A program made the position numbers and the translations under genes. Shown here in pieces: positions 55,671-64,000 of a stretch of 64,000 nt of DNA. The notes beneath the pieces were generated by a model, which did not search any database, was not told where the DNA came from, and saw only the letters and a program-made list of their open reading frames with translations. The stretch is from the human T2T-CHM13v2.0 reference genome, Homo sapiens: NCBI RefSeq assembly GCF_009914755.1, contig NC_060925.1, one strand, 5' to 3'. Position 1 is the stretch's first letter. Each line of letters begins with the position of its first letter.

Positions 55671-56300
55671 AAGTGACAGCTTGTGGTAAAAAGGGTAGCT
55701 CAGGCTCCATCCCTGCGCCTGGACAACTGTCGAGGTCTTCTAAGAAACTGACCAGCAGGGGACAGCAGGTGTCCATCCAGGGAAGGACTCGATGCAAGCC
55801 TTCAGGCTGTGATACCCAAGAAGTGATGGGGGCTGGAGGGGAGCCCAGAGCACCATGGAAGCCCTGTGGGGTGGGGAATGGGGCTAGGAGTGGATTGGGG
55901 TGCCCCAAGCTCAGGTGGGTGAGGAGCAACCAGGTCAAGCTCAGGGAGCCTCTGGGAATAGGTGGGAACAGCTTTAGGGGCAGAGAGTAGCAGCAGCCTC
56001 AGACGAACCAAGAAGGAAATGAACAGACAGAAGGATACTGGCTATTTCCCCAGGCTCAGAGCAGACCCACGTGGGGTGAACAGGGACATTCTGGGTAGAA
56101 GAGGATGAGGGACCAGGTCCAAGACGAGCGCGATGGCTCACACCTGTAATCCCAGCACCTTGGGGGTTGGGGGCAGGAGGATCGCTAGAGCCCAGGAGGT
56201 CTAGGCTATAGTGAGCTATGATTGTACCACTGCACTCCAGCCTGAATGACAGAGTGAGACCCTGTCTCTTTAAAAAAAAAAAAAAAAAGAAGAAGAAGAA

Positions 56301-56638
56301 GGAGTTGGGGCAGTGGGGAGGAATAGCATTGGGAGATATACCTTATAGAAATGACGAGTTAATGGGTGCAGCACACCAACATGGCGCATGTACACATATG
56401 TAACAAACCTGCACGTTGTGCACACATACACCCTAGAACTTAAAGTATAATTAAAAAAAAAAAAAAGAAGGAGTTGGGGCAGTGGAGTGGAATAGCATTA
56501 GGAGATATACCTAATATAAATATATAAATGACGAGTTAATGGGTGCAGCAAACCAACATGGCGCATGTACACTTATGTAACAAACCTGCACGCTGTGCAC
56601 ACATACACCCTAGAACTTAAATTAAAAAAAAAAAAAAA
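56301..56638 (+). mobile_element. 5'-truncated L1PA 3' end present as a 169-bp tandem duplicate, inserted in the A-tail of an Alu monomer (56120-56300)
   Basis: gagttaatgggtgcagca..caacatggc..tgtaacaaacctgcacg..cctagaacttaaa plus A-tail, twice. Confidence 0.92.
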
Positions 56639-57155
56639 GAAGACAAAGAAGTCCAATGTAAGAATGAGCCTTGCTTGAGTAAGGGGATCTGGGGAGGAAA
56701 GGGACTTTGTGCTGGGAAGGAAAGGGCAGAGTCCAGGCTGGGATTTGGGATTGGGAGTGGGGGAGTGAAAGAGTTGGGCAGGGCTTTGTGGCCTGGGATT
56801 TGGAAAGCAGGGTTGGCAGCAGGGAGCTGGGGCAGAGAACCAGGCTGGGGGCCTAGGGGAGGAGGGGAGGGGAAGACCAATCAGGCCTCTAGAAGAGGCA
56901 GCTCCCCAGAAACAATCCCGGAGCCAGGCTTAGCCTCGCCGGACCTCACCAGGCCTCGAGCTTCCAGTGCCCAGTACCAGGCCTCTGAAGGGCCAGGGAG
57001 GACGTGGGGTGAGCCCGTGACACACCAGGCTTGACTCCCCTGCCAGTGGGGAGTAAGGAAGCCTCTTCTTCTTCCTTCTCCCAGGCCCCTGCCTGGAGCT
57101 CAAAACCCAGAGCCCATTGTTAGACATGGAGATCCACACAAGGTTACAGGCATAG

Positions 57156-57453
<298 letters not shown>

Positions 57454-57941
57454 TGATCCAGCTTCTGTCTGTGTCTCTGAAGCTTGCCCTGAACCCCCTG
57501 GAGAGTGTCTGGGAATCACAAAGGCCTCCACTGTCAGGGCTAGAACAGGGTTCTAGCTCAGGGTTGCCTGAGCCCATGCTCCCATTTTATGGAGGAGGAA
57601 ATCAACGCACAAGGCCATGGAGGCCGAGTTGTATGGAAAAACAGGACTGGAGCTCCCAGTCCAGGGTTCTTTTTTCTGATCTGCAGCATTAAGCAGATAA
57701 CCACGCAGTGGCTGCGCCAATCCTGCCTGACAAAGGCCCAGGGGAGTGACATCCCCAAGAGGGTTCTAAAATGTCTCTGACTCTGTGATCTTTGTCAAGC
57801 CCATCCCTCTCTCTGGGTATAAATGTATTTAAACTCTAAGACAAGCGGATCAGAAAAAAATGGGGAATCGTTTAACTCATTTTATGAGGCAATATCATCT
57901 TACTTTCAAAACTGGAAAAACAAAACATGAAAAGAGAATTA

Positions 57942-60400
<2,459 letters not shown>

Positions 60401-60541
60401 GTCCTAGAGTTCTTGCTGACATTTCAGAGAAACGGAAAAGTGTGAGGATTGAAAAATAAGAGGGAAAACTGTGATTACTTGCAGATTATATAGTCACCTA
60501 CAAAGAAAAACCGATAGAATAATTACCAGATAAAAGGCCTA

Positions 60542-62408
<1,867 letters not shown>

Positions 62409-62475
62409 TAGGGGTGATGGGGCATCAGGCTGGCAAATAGTTCAGTGAATAGTTCAGGGAAAAAAACTCAAATAG

Positions 62476-62925
<450 letters not shown>

Positions 62926-63293
62926 CTAAGGTGAAAGTTTAAAATTTTTATTAAAGACATAAAAGAAGACATATCAATTCCATACTCATGGTTATGGCAA
63001 TTTAATGACATAAAATTTCTGGTTCTCCTTAATTTAATTTACAAATTCACTGCAATCTCAAGCAAAAATTTAGATGGATTTTGTTTTGGAGAAACTCAAC
63101 AAGCATGTTCTAAATTAGAATAAAGGCCCACAAAGGGCAGAGTCTTCCAGGTACAGTGGCTCACACCTGTAATCCCAGCACTTTGGGAGGCCAAGGCAGG
63201 AGGATCATTTGAGACCAGCCTGCACGATGTAATGAGACACTGTCTCTACAGGGGAAAAAAAAAAAGGAGTAGAGTCAAGTGGGAAAGATTGCC

Positions 63294-63350
63294 TTTTTTT
63301 TTTTCTTTTTCCATGACACAGCCTTAGGAGGTCCTGATGACATGTGCCCC
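63294..63350 (-). mobile_element. ~40-nt MER4-group LTR fragment with a poly(A) tail (putative processed short-RNA retrocopy)
   Basis: Minus strand GGGGCACATGTCATCAGGACCTCCTAAGGCTGTGTCATGG plus an A-tail; family assignment from a recalled consensus. Confidence 0.6.
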
Positions 63351-64000
63351 ATGGAAGAGATTATCTTGTCAAATATACAAATATATAGAAATAGAAAAAT
63401 AGATATAAATATAGATAGGTAGATTTGATATATAACAAAAGTGGCACCATAAATCAAGGAAGGAAGGAGCAAGCTTTTTAGTAGATGGCATTGGGAAAAC
63501 TGGCTTTGCACTGTATACAATAACAAACAAACAAACTGGCTCCCTACCCTTGACCATTACAAAGGTGGATTCCAGAGGAGGATTTAGTTATGAAAGAACT
63601 AAATCTGAAAGGTGAAAGCGTAGCATAGCCTTGTGATCTAGAGATGGAGAAGATACCTCTTAAACTAGACCCAACAAGCACAAGCTGTGAGGCAAGAAAT
63701 GCTGGATTCAATTATATCACATTTTTCTGTTCAGTGAAATGCCCTGTAGACAAAATTAACTGATGGAAAACTGATTTGTAAAAGATGTTTGCGGTATCTA
63801 AAGCTGGCAAGGGGATCAATATCTAGAATACGCATGGACCTCTCGCAAATCAGTGAGAAAAGGAACAAAAAAAAAAGGGAAAAATGAGCAGAGAATATGA
63901 ACAGGCAATTCACAGACAGAAAATCCAAATGATTAACAGGATGTGAAGAGGCTCAGTTGCCTACACGATCAGAGACATGCAAAGTAAAACAACAGCCGGC

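Overview
Human (primate) genomic DNA, dense in Alu, MIR, L1 and L2 repeats. The only coding sequence I can support is a single ATG codon. A CpG island at ~29.9-31.0 kb holds a minus-strand first exon that ends ATG|GTGAGT, preceded by a GC box, two CCAAT boxes and a compound (GT)20(GC)11(GT)4 microsatellite. I recognise this from memory (no search run) as the promoter and exon 1c of ECE1 (endothelin-converting enzyme 1, isoform ECE-1c, 1p36). Positions 1-30430 are therefore ECE1 intron 1 (MIR/L2-rich, with an AP-1/GATA/ETS-rich candidate enhancer at ~9.6-10.8 kb). Positions ~30.6-64 kb are upstream intergenic DNA filled with nested Alus, L1 fossils and a truncated THE1 element. The most interesting unexplained structures are: (i) a ~33-bp minisatellite just upstream of the promoter whose invariant core is a MADS-box (MEF2/SRF-like) site; (ii) a 268-bp duplication that makes the two promoter microsatellites paralogous; (iii) a 22-bp copy of intron-1 sequence embedded in that array; (iv) a ~40-nt polyadenylated, hairpin-forming LTR R-region fragment that looks like a retroposed TAR-like short RNA; and (v) several local template-switch and duplication scars. 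All ORFs in the supplied track appear spurious. Repeat boundaries and subfamilies are by eye and approximate.
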